Notes: generated from the letters alone by a model not told the origin. A DNA stretch of 64,000 nt from Octopus vulgaris (GCA_951406725.2 CATOCA020000001.1:7564001-7628000); one strand, 5' to 3'; numbered from the stretch's first letter, positions 22,560 through 35,837 are shown. Numbers and translations: made by a program.

Positions 22560-25500
22560 TATATGAGTGACAACACAAAACTTTTATATACCTGGCTGTT
22601 ATTTCTAGCATCACGTAGGACCACCAATTGTGTATTATTCCTCCGGATGCTTCTTAAGGTCTCCTTCAATCTTTCATGAAAAACAATGCAGAATATAATG
22701 TATTGAACTGTTATTTCTACCATCTTACCCGACAACCTGTAGGACAATATGTTTGATAGACGCTTCGTCAAGCGTCCTGCTTTTATAAAATAAAAACTTT
22801 AGAAATTTCAAGGTGTTTGGTTGCTGTTTCACGAATGATGCGAGACAATAGAGAGGTGAGATTCTTTTATAAAAGTCGAAATGGTTTTGGGAGGGAAACA
22901 ATGAGATTAAGGGAAAGAAAGAGAGTGAGAGAGAGAGAGTAAAAGGAAGGAAAGAATGAAAGAGAGTGAGAGAGAGAGAGAGAGAAAGGAAGAAAGAAAA
23001 GAGAAAAAAAGAAGGAATGAAAGAAAAGAGAAAGGAAGGAATAAAGTAACGTGATTCTGTAATAATGCATGAAATCAGAGCGGAAGTAAGAAAGAAAGAA
23101 AGAAAGAAAGGAAGAAAGGAAGGAAGGCTGGAGGGAAGGAAGGAAGGAAGGAAGGAAGGAAGGAAGGAAAGAAGGAAATAAGGAATGAAGGAAATAAGGA
23201 AGTAAAAGAAGGAAGGAAAGAATGGCAGTAAGGAAAGATAGAAAGAGAGACAGAAAGAAAGGAAGAAAGAAAGAAAGAAAGAAAGTAAAAAGGAAAGAAA
23301 GAGAGACAGAAACAAAGAAAGGGAGAAAGAAAGGAAGAAAGGGAGAAAGTAATAAAGAAAGGGAAACAGAAAAGAAAGAAGGTTAGAAGGAAAAAGAGGG
23401 AAAGATAGAAAGAATGAAAGAAAAAAAGAAAAAAGAAAGAAAGAAGGAAAAAAGAAGGAAAGAAAGTGAGAAGGAGAAGAGCAGGGTGAGAGCGAGAGAG
23501 AGAAAAGGAGACAAGGAAAGGAAACGAAGCAACGACAGAAAAAAGAAAGGAAGAAAAATGAAAGACGGATTGAAGAAGGAAAGATGAGAGGGAAGAAAGA
23601 GAAAAAGAATGAAGGTAAGAAGAAGGAAATGAAAAACAGAAAGTAAAGAAAGAAATAAGGAAAATAAAGGAAGGAAGGAAAGAAAGAATGAGAGAATGAA
23701 GGGTAAGAAGAAGGAAATGAAAAAGAGAAAGTAAAGAAAGAAATAAGGAAAATAAAGGAAGGAAGGAAAGAAAGAAAGAAAGAATGAAGGGTAAGAAGAA
23801 GGAAATGAAAAAGAGAAAGTAAACCAAGAAATAAGGAAAATAAAGGAAGGAAGGAAAGAAAGAATGAGAGAAATGAAGAAAGAAAGAAAGAAAGAAAGAA
23901 AGGAAAGAAAGAAGGAAATGAGGGAAATGAAGGAAGGAAAGAAAGAAAGAATGAGAGAAATGAAGGAAGAAAGAAAGAAAGAAAGGAAAGAAAGAAAGGA
24001 AAAGGAAAAAAAGAAATGGAGGAAGAAAGAAAAAAGAATGAAGGGTAAGAAGAAGGAAATGAAAAAGAGAAAGTAAAGAAAGAAGTAAGGAAAATAAAGG
24101 AAGGAAGGAAGGAAAGAAAGAAAAAAAGAATGAAGGTAAGAAGAAGGAAATGAAAAAGAGAAAGTAAAGAAAGAAATAAGGAAAATAAAGGAAGGAAGGA
24201 AAGAAAGAAAGAAAGAATGAAGGGTAAGAAGAAGGAAATGAAAAAGAGAAAGTAAAGAAAGAAATAAGGAAAATAAAGGAAGGAAGGAAGGAAAGAATGA
24301 GAGAAATGAAGGAAGAAAGAAAGAAAGAAAGAAAGGAAAGAAAGAAAGGAAAAGGAAAAAAAGAAATGAAGGAAGAAAGAAAGAAATGAGGGAAATGAAG
24401 GAAGAAAGAAAGAAAGGAAACAAACAAAGAAACAAATAAAGAAGGATGAAAGAAAGAAAGAAAGAAAGTAAGAGAGAAAAAGGAAAATAAGAAATGAAGG
24501 AAGAAAGAAAGAAAGAAATAAATGAAGGAAGAAAGAAAGAAAGAAACAAACAAACAAACAAATAAGAAAATTAAAAAAAGAAAGAAAGAAAGAAAGAAAG
24601 AAAAAATGAGGGAAATGAAGGAAGAAAGAAAGAAACAAACAAACAAATAAAGAAGAATGAAAGAAAGAAAGAAAGAAAGAAAGAAAAAAGAAAGAAAGAA
24701 TGGAAAAGGAAAGAAAAAAAGAAAGGAGGAAAGAAAGGAAAATGAAAGAAAGAAAAGAGAAAGTAAGTAAAGGGAAACAAAAAGAAAGAAAGAAAGAATG
24801 AGAGAGAGAAAGAGAGGAAGGCGACGTAATTCTGTAAAAATGATGAGAAGAAAGAGAGAGAAGGAGGGAGAGAGAGGGGGAGGAAGGAGGAGGTATTAGA
24901 GAAATAAATGTTAAGAAGAGAGGAGGAGTATGAGATGAGAGAGAAAGAGTAAAAAGGCGGAGCATTAATATATAATAAGGTAATAGAGAGAGGGAGAGGG
25001 GAGAGGGAGAAAGAGAGAGACAGACAAACAGAGACACGGAGACAGAGAGAGAGACATGAGAAGCGAGAGGGAGAAGGAGAGAGACTGAAATAGAGAAATC
25101 GAGAGAGCAAAGAGAGAGAAAGACAGACATAGAGAAAGAGAGGGAGAGGGAAAGGGAGGAGAAAGGGAGGGAAAGAATGAGGTAAGAGAATGAGAGAATA
25201 TTATATAAGGAGGTGGAGGGAGAGAGAGAAGGATACATAGGTTTAGAAAGAGAGGGAGAGTGTGACGTGGGGCGGAGCGCAAAAGAGGTAGAGGGAGAGT
25301 ATGACATATGAGGTGGTAAAGCGGGAGGGGGAGAGACAAAAAGTGAGGGAGGGGGAAGGAGTCAGAGATGATGTATGAGATATATGCTTTGTGAGGGAGG
25401 GAGAGTAAGAGTTGAGAGAAAACGAGGGATGAGGGAGGGGGGTTAAGCAATAACATAAATAAGTGAAAGAGGGGGAGGGAGAGGAGTAGAGAAGGAGAGG

Positions 25501-26160
25501 GTATGATGTGTGTGATAAGAGAGGGAGTCTATCTTGTATTAGAGAAAAGAAGAGGGGAAGGATGAGATATTAATACAGAATGAGGAAGGAGAGAGAAGAG
25601 TTTCGAAGTGTCCTTCATTTTCATATGAAACACTAAACCAAACTTTAACATACTTGGCTGTTATTTCTAGCATCACATTTGATCCCCAATTGGACTATAT
25701 TTCCTTAGAAGCTCCTTAAAGTGACCTTCATGATAACAATGTAAAGTATAGCGTAATGGGCTGTTATTTCTAGCAAGATACCACACCACCAATACGTTTT
25801 ATAGACGCTTCTTCACTTGGTTTCTCATCCGATGAAGAAGTCTGACCAGATCCGGGAAAAAGTTTTATAAATGCTTCTTAAATTGTCTTTCAATTTCGTA
25901 TGAAAAACAAAGCAACTTTGAGTGTAGTGGGCTGTTATTTCTAGCATGATGTCAAACCAGGTGTAGGAGGATTCTTTGAATAAATGCTTCTTAAATTGTC
26001 CGTCAATGTCTCGGCTATTTAATTTGCTCAATTAAGAACTACACAGTAATTATGTAATTAATGGTTAGTTAAATAATTAGCTTCTGGTAAAATAATTAGC
26101 GAGAGAGAAATTTGAAGGTAAATCTGAAAATATAATTTATTTGTAAGAAAGTAAGGTTTC
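22560..26160 (+). repeat. Large composite dispersed repeat containing a ~2.7-kb polypurine tract (strand arbitrary)
   Basis: Recurrent ggctgttatttctagc motif; several complex-sequence anchors are shared in inverted order with 59620-62760. Confidence 0.65.
22900..24830. repeat. (GAAA)n/(GGAA)n tract with ~70-80-bp higher-order units (23600-24300)
   Basis: The unit aagaatgaagggtaagaagaaggaaatgaaaaagagaaagtaaagaaagaaataaggaaaataaagg is repeated. Confidence 0.95.
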
Positions 26161-26224
26161 TTAGGGATAAAAGGAGAGGAAGAGGGAGAGGGTAAGATAT
26201 AAGGAGGTGGGAGAGATAGAGAGA

Positions 26225-26960
26225 GAAAGAAAGGAAGAAAGAGTGAGAGAGAGAAAGCCCAGGGAAGTGGAGGAATATATTAATGTATGAGGAAGCAGAG
26301 AAAGAATGAGAGTGAGAGAGAGAGAGAGAGAGAGAGAAAGAAAGGAAGAAAGAGTGAGAGAGAGAAGGCTTAGGGAAGGGGAGGGATATATTAATGTATG
26401 AGGAAGCAGAGAAAGAATGAGAGTGGGAGAGAGAGAGACAGAATGCGTGAGAGAGAGTGAGTGAGAAAGAAAGGAAGAAAGAGTGAGAGAGAGAAAGCCT
26501 AGGGAAGGGGAGGGATATATTAATGTATGAGGAAGGAGAGAAAGAATGAGAGTGGGAGAGAGAGAGAGAGAGAGAATGCGTGAGAGAGAGAGAGAGAGAG
26601 AAAGAAAGGAAGAAAGAGTGAGAGAGAGAAACCCTAGGGAAGGGGAGGGATATATTAATGCATGAGGAATCAGAGAGTGGGAGTGAGAGTGGGAGAGAGA
26701 GAGAGAGAGACAGAATGCGTGAGAGAGAGAGAGAGAGAGAAAGGAAGAAAGAGTGAGAGAGAGAAAGCCTAGGGAAGGGGAGGGATATATTAATGTATGA
26801 TGAAGCAGAGAAAGAATGAGAGTGGGAGAGAGAGAGAGAGAGAGAGACAGAATGCGTGAGAGAGAGAGGGGAAGAGAAGAAGAGAGAAAGAAAGGAAAGA
26901 GAGAAAACCTAAGGAAGGGGAGGGATATATATTTATATATGAGGTAGCAGAGAGAGTGTG
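26225..26960. repeat. Purine-rich minisatellite, ~110-130-bp unit, about 6 copies
   Basis: Recurrent ctagggaaggggagggatatattaatgtatga. Confidence 0.9.
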
Positions 26961-27536
26961 TGAGTGAGTGCGTGAGAGAGAGATAGAGAGAGAGAGAGAG
27001 GGGGAATTGATATATATACGTTTAGGAAGTGAGGGAGAGGATGAGGTGAACGATATAGTAAGGCAGGCGGGGTGGTTAAACATGAATATATAATGAGGTG
27101 CAGAGAGAAAGGAGAGAAAGAGGGAGAAGTGGGAGGATATGTTTTGAGGGAGGGAGAAAGAAAATGCTATTTGTGTTTAATAAGAAAGAGAGAAGGGGAG
27201 GGGGGAAGCATTGGGTAATTTATGATGAGGTGAGAGGCGGAGGAGAAGAGAAGAGAGAGAGAGAGAGAGACATAGAAAGAGGGAGAGAGCGCGAGAGAAT
27301 AATAAATACATTTACCAATAGAGGAAGAGTATGAGTTAATAAAGGAAGCAAAAATGGGCGGAGTCACGTATACGATGTAGTGGGAGGAGTCAACGTTGAA
27401 ACGGTAAGAATAATAACTCTTATTAGATCCCTTTTACTTTAAATTCTATTGTTTTCTTTTATGCGAAATAAAATCTGTTTTTCTGCGCAGTTTGTGAAGA
27501 TTTCCAAATATGATTTCATGCAAATAATAGATCGAA

Positions 27537-28330
27537 GTGTTAGACATACAGCATCTCGAAAGAGTCCAGAAGCTGGCTACCCGCATGGTTCATGGTCTCA
27601 AAAATTTGTCCTACGAAGAAAGGCTGAGGACGCTCGACCTTTATTCTCTTGAAAAACGCCGCCGCCGTGGTGATCTCATTCTCGCCCACAACATCATAAG
27701 CGGAAAGTGTAACCTCTCGAAAGAGCTGTTCTTCACTCCTGCTCCAGAGCGTCGGCTGCGGGGTCATTCCGAAAAGCTCTACCTGCGACGATTTCATCTC
27801 AATCGAAGGAGAGGAGCTTTCTCCGTCCGGGTTGCGGATCCGTGGAACAAGCTGCCAGATGAGATGGTGAAGATGCCGATGACCGCTTTGTTCAAAGCCT
27901 CCCTTGTCCTCAAGTGGCCTGAACTCTTCACATGAACACCACCCTGTACATAACTCCATGTCCCCCTAGACTACGCTGTGGTGATCTCATTCTCGCTCAC
28001 AACATCATAAGCGGAAAGTGTAACCTCTCGAAAGAGCTGTTCTTCACTCCTGCTCCGAGCGTCGGCTGCGGGGTCATTCCGAAAAGCTCTACCTGCGACG
28101 ATTTCATCTCAATCGAAGGAGAGGAGCTTTCTCCGTCCGGATTGCGGATCCGTGGAACAAGCTGCCAGACGAGATGGTGAAGATGCCGACGACCGCTTTG
28201 TTCAAAGCCTCCCTGGACCTCAAGTGGCCTGAACTCTTTACATGAACACCACCCTGTACTTAACTCCATGTCCCCCTACATGGCCTTGCTATTTGCTTTT
28301 GAGCCAAATTAACTAACTAACTAACTAACT
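27537..28330 (+). mobile_element. 5'-truncated CR1-like LINE with a tandem duplication of its 3' ~300 bp and a (CTAA)n tail
   Basis: DIQHLERVQKLATRMVHGLKNLSYEERLRTLDLYSLEKRRRRGDLILAHNII is a classic CR1 C-terminus; the second unit starts at ~27970. Confidence 0.95.
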
Positions 28331-29149
28331 AATATATTATCAATAAATATCGAACACTTCTCCTCATCACTAATTCGTTTTTCGTTTGACATCTAAAAAT
28401 TTCGCTTTTTTTAATATTACGATTCTTACCCCTTAGCTTCGCTCCTCCCTGCAATCGTCACACAGCCTCGATTGTGGTTGCACATGCTAGAAGCAACAGC
28501 CAAACCTCACATGATAAAATATGAAACGTTTTTATCATTTGTTTTCTTAATTTCTTGAAAATAAATTTATTTTCTATTTTCTGATTGGCGTTTGGTCAGA
28601 AAGCTCGAAAGATAAGCCAGTGCCTGAGCAATACAAAGAGGGAGAGCAAGAATATGCAAGGCTAGTACAGTTTAGTGCAGCCGTGCACCGGTTGTCGTCC
28701 TATTTTAAGCTGCAAAAATGTGAGAGTCAAATACGAGAGGAAAGGGATCAGACCGGAAGGGATGTGAATGGAACAGGAAAGAAGTGAATGCCATGGAATA
28801 GAAAAAAGTGAACTAAATCCTAAAATTTGCGAATATATTTAGGTAATAGGGAAAAAAAGTATGTTTAATTTAAAATGTAATTTCCATTTTTAAAAGAAAG
28901 AACATTCTCGAATACATGTTTCTTATAGTTGAACGTCCGCGTGTATTTATGGAGAGAAGAGGTCGGTTTGTTCCTGCTGTGGGCGAGAGTTTGTTTATTT
29001 TAATTTGGCTGACATCCATCTCGATAATGTGTTGCTTTAAGTAGCCTAGGGTCGAAAGCACGAATCCCGATAAAACCGCTGACAAAATAAAATAAAATCG
29101 ATTTTCTGTCCCAACTGAAATATGCATGTCAGGTGATCGTCCTGTTTTC

Positions 29150-30712
29150 TGGAAGAATTATGTTGCTGAAGAAAATATGCACCAGAACAATGAAGAAATC
29201 GTCTCTAAACGGAAAGTGAACATTTTTCTTATAAATATCCAAAGGAAGCTTGAAGTTGACAGCTTCGATATCTACAGCCACAATGGTCTTCCTTGACCAG
29301 ATACAAGAATTGTTGAAGTAGCTAATATTCCAATTGGGCTTAGAGAAGAAACCATTTTTAAGGTGAAAAAATGTATTAATAAACTTCTGCCAACTTTAGA
29401 CATTGAACAACGACTAGATTTTGATAAAGCTATCAGGTCCTTAAATAGTAAAAGAAGGAAGAATTCTGTTCTTAAATGCAAATGGTGGCACAGGGAAAAC
29501 CTATGTGATCAACATCATACTTGATAGTTGCTACTGCCACGTCTGCTATTGCAACCACTTTGCTTCTGAAAGGGAGAGTTCTTCATTCTATGTCCAGGAT
29601 TTCTCTCAGTGAGACTACAAAATCAACATTAAGACTCACAAAGAGAGACGCCACAAGAGAATTTGTGCCTCAATCTGGTCTCTTAGTTATCGATGGGACC
29701 AGGATGGGGCCTAAGCATCTCTGTGAGTGCCTTGAAAGGAGATTGCATGATGTGTGAGACTGTAACAAACCTGTTTGTGAATTTACTATATTACTGTCTG
29801 GTGATAGAAAACAAATTCTTGCAGTTATGTCATCTTGGAAGATTATAATTTGTTGATGCAGATCTTTTCTTGAGGATTGAGTAGAAATAGTGAAGATAGG
29901 AACCAATCTAAGACTTCTTACAAAAGGTCATTCTGATGAAAAAGAGTCTGTTAATCACCATTTTGATGCTGGAAATGGTGATATTTCTGTCGAACAAAGT
30001 CTAGGTGCATCCAAAATCAACCTGCTTTACAACTTTGGCCTGTCAAGTTTATGTGATGTTGTCTTGCAAATAATTTCACAGACCCCATGTGGCTTGCAAA
30101 CAGACCCATTATTACTCCAACAAATGAAATATCACAATTTGTAAATGAATTCATGTTGACCAGGATCCCTGGTGAGGTAAAGATATGCAGAAGCTCAGAT
30201 ACAGTTGATAATGAAGCTCTGTACCTAATCAAATTCATCAACACACTCCTACCATCAGGGTTTCCATGGACATATCCTCACACTAAAGACAAGAGGCTGC
30301 ATTAGGTTTTTGAAGAATTTAGATGCTAAACAAGACCATTGCAATGACACAGGCTACGTTATTATCTGCTTCCAAGATCTTATTATTGCTGCCGGGGTTG
30401 CTTGTGGTTCTTTTGCAGGATGAATGTTGGTATTCTCAGGGATCCCAAATGGGTCTCAAGGAATGGAGTTCCCATTCATAGTTACCATACAAACAATTTC
30501 CTGTGGAACCATTCTTTGCTTTGACATGCAACAAAGCACAGGGACAGACATTTAAACAAATTGGAATATATCTTCCAACACAACTCTTCTCCCGTGGTCA
30601 GCTATAAGTGTCACTTTCTAGAGTTTGGATGAAGCCTCATGGCAAATTATTGGCAGAGAGAAATAGAAACCGTATTTTACTAACAATCGAGTCGACAAGG
30701 AGGTTCTATTTG
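29150..30712 (+). pseudogene. Helitron-type PIF1 helicase remnant with many stops and frameshifts
   Basis: Motifs in order: FLNANGGTGKTY (Walker A), ATSAIATTLL..GRVLHS, LLVID, GDRKQIL, TPTNE, FINTLLPSGFP, KNLD...HCNDT, FALTCNKAQGQTF, FSRGQL*VSLSRV, N.VDKEVL*. Confidence 0.9.
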
Positions 30713-31181
30713 ACAGGAAAATATGCATTTTAAGTAAGTTTCATAATATTGAATTTCATTCTTCATTTTTTTTTTCTTGAAACTTCCACAGAGTTTTTAA
30801 ACTGTTTATGTAACAATGGAAGTGTTTAGAGAGAGGTCGGGGCTTACAACAACAACATCAACAACAAATGAAATTTCAAAGTTATCTTTATTTCCAAAGT
30901 AAATCTCCAGCAAAAAGGGAGCCAAACCAAGATCTGCTATAATTAGTACCCGAATCCTACTCCATTCAAATTTTATCATCTTAAAGACAAGGTGGTTCTG
31001 GGTTCTCTATACTTGGGAAAAAACATGGCGGTGGTGTTGAGTGTCTGGTTCGAAATAGATCTAAATAACTTTAATATTTCTCTAAACGTAGCGAACGTTA
31101 CAACTTTCAAAGTTACACATAATTCTCGCAACTGGAAATAAATTGGAGACGGTTTCATTCTAAGCATGGAAAGACTTTGTA

Positions 31182-31535
31182 GGCAAGGTGTGGCTGTGCA
31201 GTAAAAAAATTTCGTTCGCAACCAAGTGGTTTCTAGTTCAATCCCAGTGCATGGTACATTAGGCAAGTGTTTTCAGTGTTTAGTACTATACCCTTGGATG
31301 GACCAATTCTGGAAAGAATGGAAGCCCGTTGTGTAGTTGTGTGTGTGATTGTGTTCGTGTTTGACGTTGTCTCGCATCACCGTGTGAAGACCGGTGTTGG
31401 TTTGTTTACTCCGTCGCAACTCGTCGCTTCCGTAAAAGGAACTGATAGACTTATAAGCGTTGATCTGATTAAGGAAACTATTTAAGCCGGTGCCCCAGCA
31501 TGACCGAGCCAAATGAATGCAATTTGTAAAAGAAT
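31182..31535 (+). mobile_element. Old, highly diverged SINE A
   Basis: Head gtggctgtgcagtaa...gttcaatcccagtgc and tail ggtgccccagcatgacc. Confidence 0.65.
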
Positions 31536-32080
31536 ATACGAACACAATTTTGTTTTCATAAATATTTCGAAAATTGTAAATATTTTAAAGAAACATCGAA
31601 ATTAGTTTCAAATCTGCTTTTTTCCTTCTCATTAATCTCATCTTTTGTATTTTTAATTATTTCCTTTCTTTTCTTCTTTATGTAAAAATATTCTGTTTGA
31701 TAAAAATCCTCATTAATCCTCACATTACATTGAATGGCCATTTTCTTCATTAAGCCTTTGCAGCATATTTGCAGGTTTATCTTTGGAGTTTTCTGACCAA
31801 ATGCCAATCAGAAAATAGAAAAATTATAAACAACTTTTACACTTTATCATTTCTTATATGAGATTTGGCTGTGATTTCTAGCTGGTCTCTCGACTATAGA
31901 GGTTGTGTGACGATTGCGGGTTCTAGATTTTGAAGTTCTAGTTTAAGAAGCAGAAGTGTAAAAATGTGAAATTGTTAGATGTCAAACGCAAAACAAACCA
32001 GTGATGTGGAAGATGTTGGAGTTGAAACTAAAAAGGGTTCTAATAAGAGTTATTATCCTTACTTTCTTTCTCTCCTTCCA

Positions 32081-32464
32081 TCTCTCTCTATATAAACGGC
32101 AGTTTGTCTGTCTGTGTGTCTGTGTGTCTGTCAGGTTGTACCCTCACCCTGACCACGGCTTTCAACCGATTCTGATGAAACTTGACACACACATAGCCCA
32201 ATGTCATAATTCAAAACTAACGCAGCGAAAATTTTGAAAAGTTCCCCCAGTTCTGAAAAACATCGATAAATTCGACATGGGGTCGAGAATCAGAAACACA
32301 AACCACAAACTGTCTAGGGGACGCAACTCGACCTTTTTTAAATCTCAAAAAAAAATTTACCATCATTTTTTTCCATTTTTTGCTATTTTTTGGCTATAAC
32401 TCTCTAAAAATACTTTATAGTTATTTCCCTTACAAACCCGAGCAACGCCGGGTGATACTGCTAG
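32081..32464 (+). mobile_element. Non-autonomous Helitron
   Basis: A|TCTCTCTCTATATAAA 5' end, GTCT/GT microsatellite, 3' hairpin cccgagcaacgccggg, CTAG|T, no target-site duplication. Confidence 0.9.
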
Positions 32465-32905
32465 TCTTGCTATATAATTCAGTATTACTCTCGCACCCAG
32501 CTTTCATTATTACCTCATACCCTTTCTCTATTAGTAAATATATTTATCGTTCGGCTTCTCTTTCTCTTCTGCGCACTCTCCCCCTCTAACTATCCCAGTC
32601 TCTGCCTCTGCCTCTGTCTCTCCTTCTATCTCTCCCACTCTCTCTCTCTCTCCCTTCATGTTGGTCACTCCCTACAATACATGTTACAGTAGCCTTCCCC
32701 TCTCCTACTTTCTGTTTTAACTCCTCCTCTGCCTACGTTTCGATACACATATCATTTACTATCGATTTCTCTCTCTCTCTCTCTCTCTCTTTCTTTCTCT
32801 CTCGCTTTCTCTCTCTCTCTCTCTCGTTCTCTCTCTCTCTCTCTCGTTCTCTCGCTTTCTCTCTCACTTTCTCTCTCACTTTCTCTTTCACTCTCTCTTT
32901 CTCTC

Positions 32906-32944
<39 letters not shown>

Positions 32945-33503
32945 TCTCTCTCTCCTTCTCTCTCTCTCTCTTCTCTCTCTCACTTTCTCTTTCTCTCTCC
33001 TTTCTCTCTCCTTTCTCTCTCTCTCTCTCTCGCTTTCTCTCTCTCTTTCTCTTTCTCTTTCCCTCTCTCTTACTCTCTCTCTCTCTCGCTTCTCTCTCTC
33101 TCTCTCTCTCTCCTCTCTCATAATTACTCCAAAAGAGATTATGACATCACAATTCCGAGAAATATCATCTGAATACTATAATCCCTTCAATTCGACTTTC
33201 TTCAAAATTGGTGTGATATCGATGAACGGATGATATCTATAATAACTGTCGATCTATTTAATTCGTATCTTGATTTCCAGCAATTTCTTCATAAATTTCC
33301 CAGTATATTGATTTCTTCTTCCTGAAGCTGTCTTTTCTTTCTTCTTTCACTTCTCTTCTTCCTTTCTTAAGCTCATTCATTCATTCTTTCTTTCCTTCGT
33401 TTGTTTGACTTATTTATTGATCTTTTGATTTAAACATTTGTCACATTTTAGCTTACTGTTAACAGTCTCATTGAATCTCTCTGTATCTCTCTCACTCTAT
33501 CTT

Positions 33504-33636
<133 letters not shown>

Positions 33637-33708
33637 GAAATAAGTAATAATGATGTCAAGGCATTAGACCACTACGGCTGTTTCAAGCAGCCCCATTTAG
33701 TATCAGTG

Positions 33709-33744
<36 letters not shown>

Positions 33745-33899
33745 TCTCTATTATATATATATATATTTCTTAAAAATCAGCATGAAAAAGCCGTGTATTT
33801 CCAAAAATACTTACTCCTTTCCTTATATATTTTCTCAGTTTATGGCGATGATAATCATTGATTTCACAATTAACATCTCATATTTCACGTGCCTTCAAC

Positions 33900-34215
33900 G
33901 AGATCTTTACACAGTTCTTATCCTTGTTTATGGAAAGTGCCACCAGCATGAACGAAGAGTACAATTTAACATATAGCATCTGTTTAGGGATTCTCTGATC
34001 ATTAATCTGAAGAAGATGTCCTGTTCACCGTAATTGGTGATGGTATATCATCATTATTCTCTGTGCTTTTATAATTTGACAAATCCAACCTCTCTTCTCT
34101 GGGCAACAAATTTTCCTTTTGATGCTTTTAAAATATGAAAATTTCTTTGACAGTCATTGACCAGAACAAGATGAAGATCTCAGTCAGTAAAGGAATTTGT
34201 CTGGGGTCATCAAAG
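33900..34215 (-). pseudogene. Old RTE-clade ORF fragment
   Basis: A minus frame reads MIYHHQLR*TGHLLQINDQRIPKQMLYVKL, matching the RTE pattern QLRWxGHxxRMxDxRIPKQxLY. Confidence 0.75.
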
Positions 34216-34464
34216 TTTGAAGTTATTCTTTTTAGTTTTATAAAGTCAATAAAAGTCTTACGTTTTCTCAATTTATAGAAAAGTAACACTTTTATAAATG
34301 AGTTTATTGTTATGCATTAAATGTTAAATTAAATTTTCTCCAGCTGGTCTATATAAACAGTAACCTACTGCTTTGAACAACTTTACTATTTTGTTGTGTA
34401 TTATTATTTCAACCCCAGCTATTCAAGCAAAAGTCAGAAGCATATATTCTCAATTTATCTAGAA

Positions 34465-35790
34465 CTAGCATTAAAGACCCGTCGTTGCCGAGTCATAGTG
34501 CTAGTGCATGTATATATGTGTGTATATATGTGTACATATTACATGTACATCTATATATATACATCTACACATAAAATACAAAATACAAAGTTATATCTTG
34601 ATATCGCTAGTGATAACAATACTCAAAATATATAACAGACTGGAATTGTTAGCCCGTGTCTTGTAATTTCGATCAATTGTATCTTGTCCTCCCTCTTGTA
34701 TAGAAGTGTGGCTACAATCCAGCCTACCTCTACTTCTGGGGGATGAAGGGGGCATTTTAAATTTTTTCCGGGACGTCCATTCGTCCCAGATATAAAGGTA
34801 AAAATAAAATATTTCCACTTTGCAAGTTCGTGTCGAGTACTCCATCGCACGCTCCGTTGATTCGAACCTACTTCTATTGTGGCGAACTTACCGCCTCTGA
34901 TTAGATATCTTTCATAGTCGCACCAAGACACTTTTCGAAGGTGCTTTCCTCCACGTGTTCAAATCTTTTTTCTCTACATTGTATACTTTACAGACAACAA
35001 GCGACGCGTCATTCTTCGTTGCGGTGACCCTCGCGTAAGTCTCCATGACTGAGGGTCAACGCTCCTTCTATAAAAAGTAACGACACGCAGCGACAAGCAT
35101 CTCGCGCGATTCGATCATGTTTCGTCTCTTTCAACAATTTTTCACTTTTTTTCACTCTTTCACACAAAAATAACGTCTGACTCTGACAGCATAATATCAG
35201 GTACTCAGTAGAAGCATCTTTCGAGAAAACAGACATTACATACAGCCAAACTTCATATAGATACTTAATGCTAGCTAATTAGCAAATAATCTAATGTAAA
35301 AGCCACGCACACCTCCATCTGGAATATTCCATTTCTGCACTTAAATTTTATTTTTTATTTATTCCCATTCATGTGAAACCACTGATTCAAGTTCAAGTCA
35401 TTGATGCAAATTTATACCAATTGCTATTTTTATTTTTTTTATTTTACGATTATATTATACTTTAGTTTGATTTTAATTATTACTTACTACATATAATTCA
35501 ATTGTTATTATTATTTTATTGCTAAAATGAAAGCATCTGACATAAAATAGAGAAATGCTTTTGTTTCACTTTTAACATGTAATACTGAAATAGTGGAGAA
35601 GATATGATATTGCTTTGGGCTCGCTCTAGGTAAGAAGTTGAACATTCTTTTTTTGCCCATGAAACTACATGGATCCTAAGTAAGGCATGTGTAAAATTTG
35701 AATGAAATTGGTTCGGTAGTTCTCAAGTTTTAGGGAAACGCACAGACAGACAGACACACAGACATACATTCTCAGTTTTATATATATAGA
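34465..35790 (-). mobile_element. Non-autonomous Helitron (second family, ~1.3 kb)
   Basis: The minus strand begins A|TCTATATATATAAAACTGAGAATG..(GTCT)n and ends gactcggcaacgacgggtc-tttaatg-CTAG|T. Confidence 0.8.
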
Positions 35791-35798
35791 TATATATG

Positions 35799-35837
<39 letters not shown>

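Noticed and set aside
22725-25307. 860-aa, 523-aa and 392-aa minus-strand ORFs (also 685 aa at 60500)
   Set aside because: F/S/L-only translations of (CTTT)n tracts, which lack stop codons by composition.
28270-28330. Similarity between the CR1 tail (ggccttg...ccaaatt) and SINE C tail 2
   Set aside because: Only two 7-mers with different spacing; not distinguishable from chance.
29150-30712. Functional host PIF1 gene
   Set aside because: It has multiple stops and frameshifts, no introns, and Helitron-type motif spacing.
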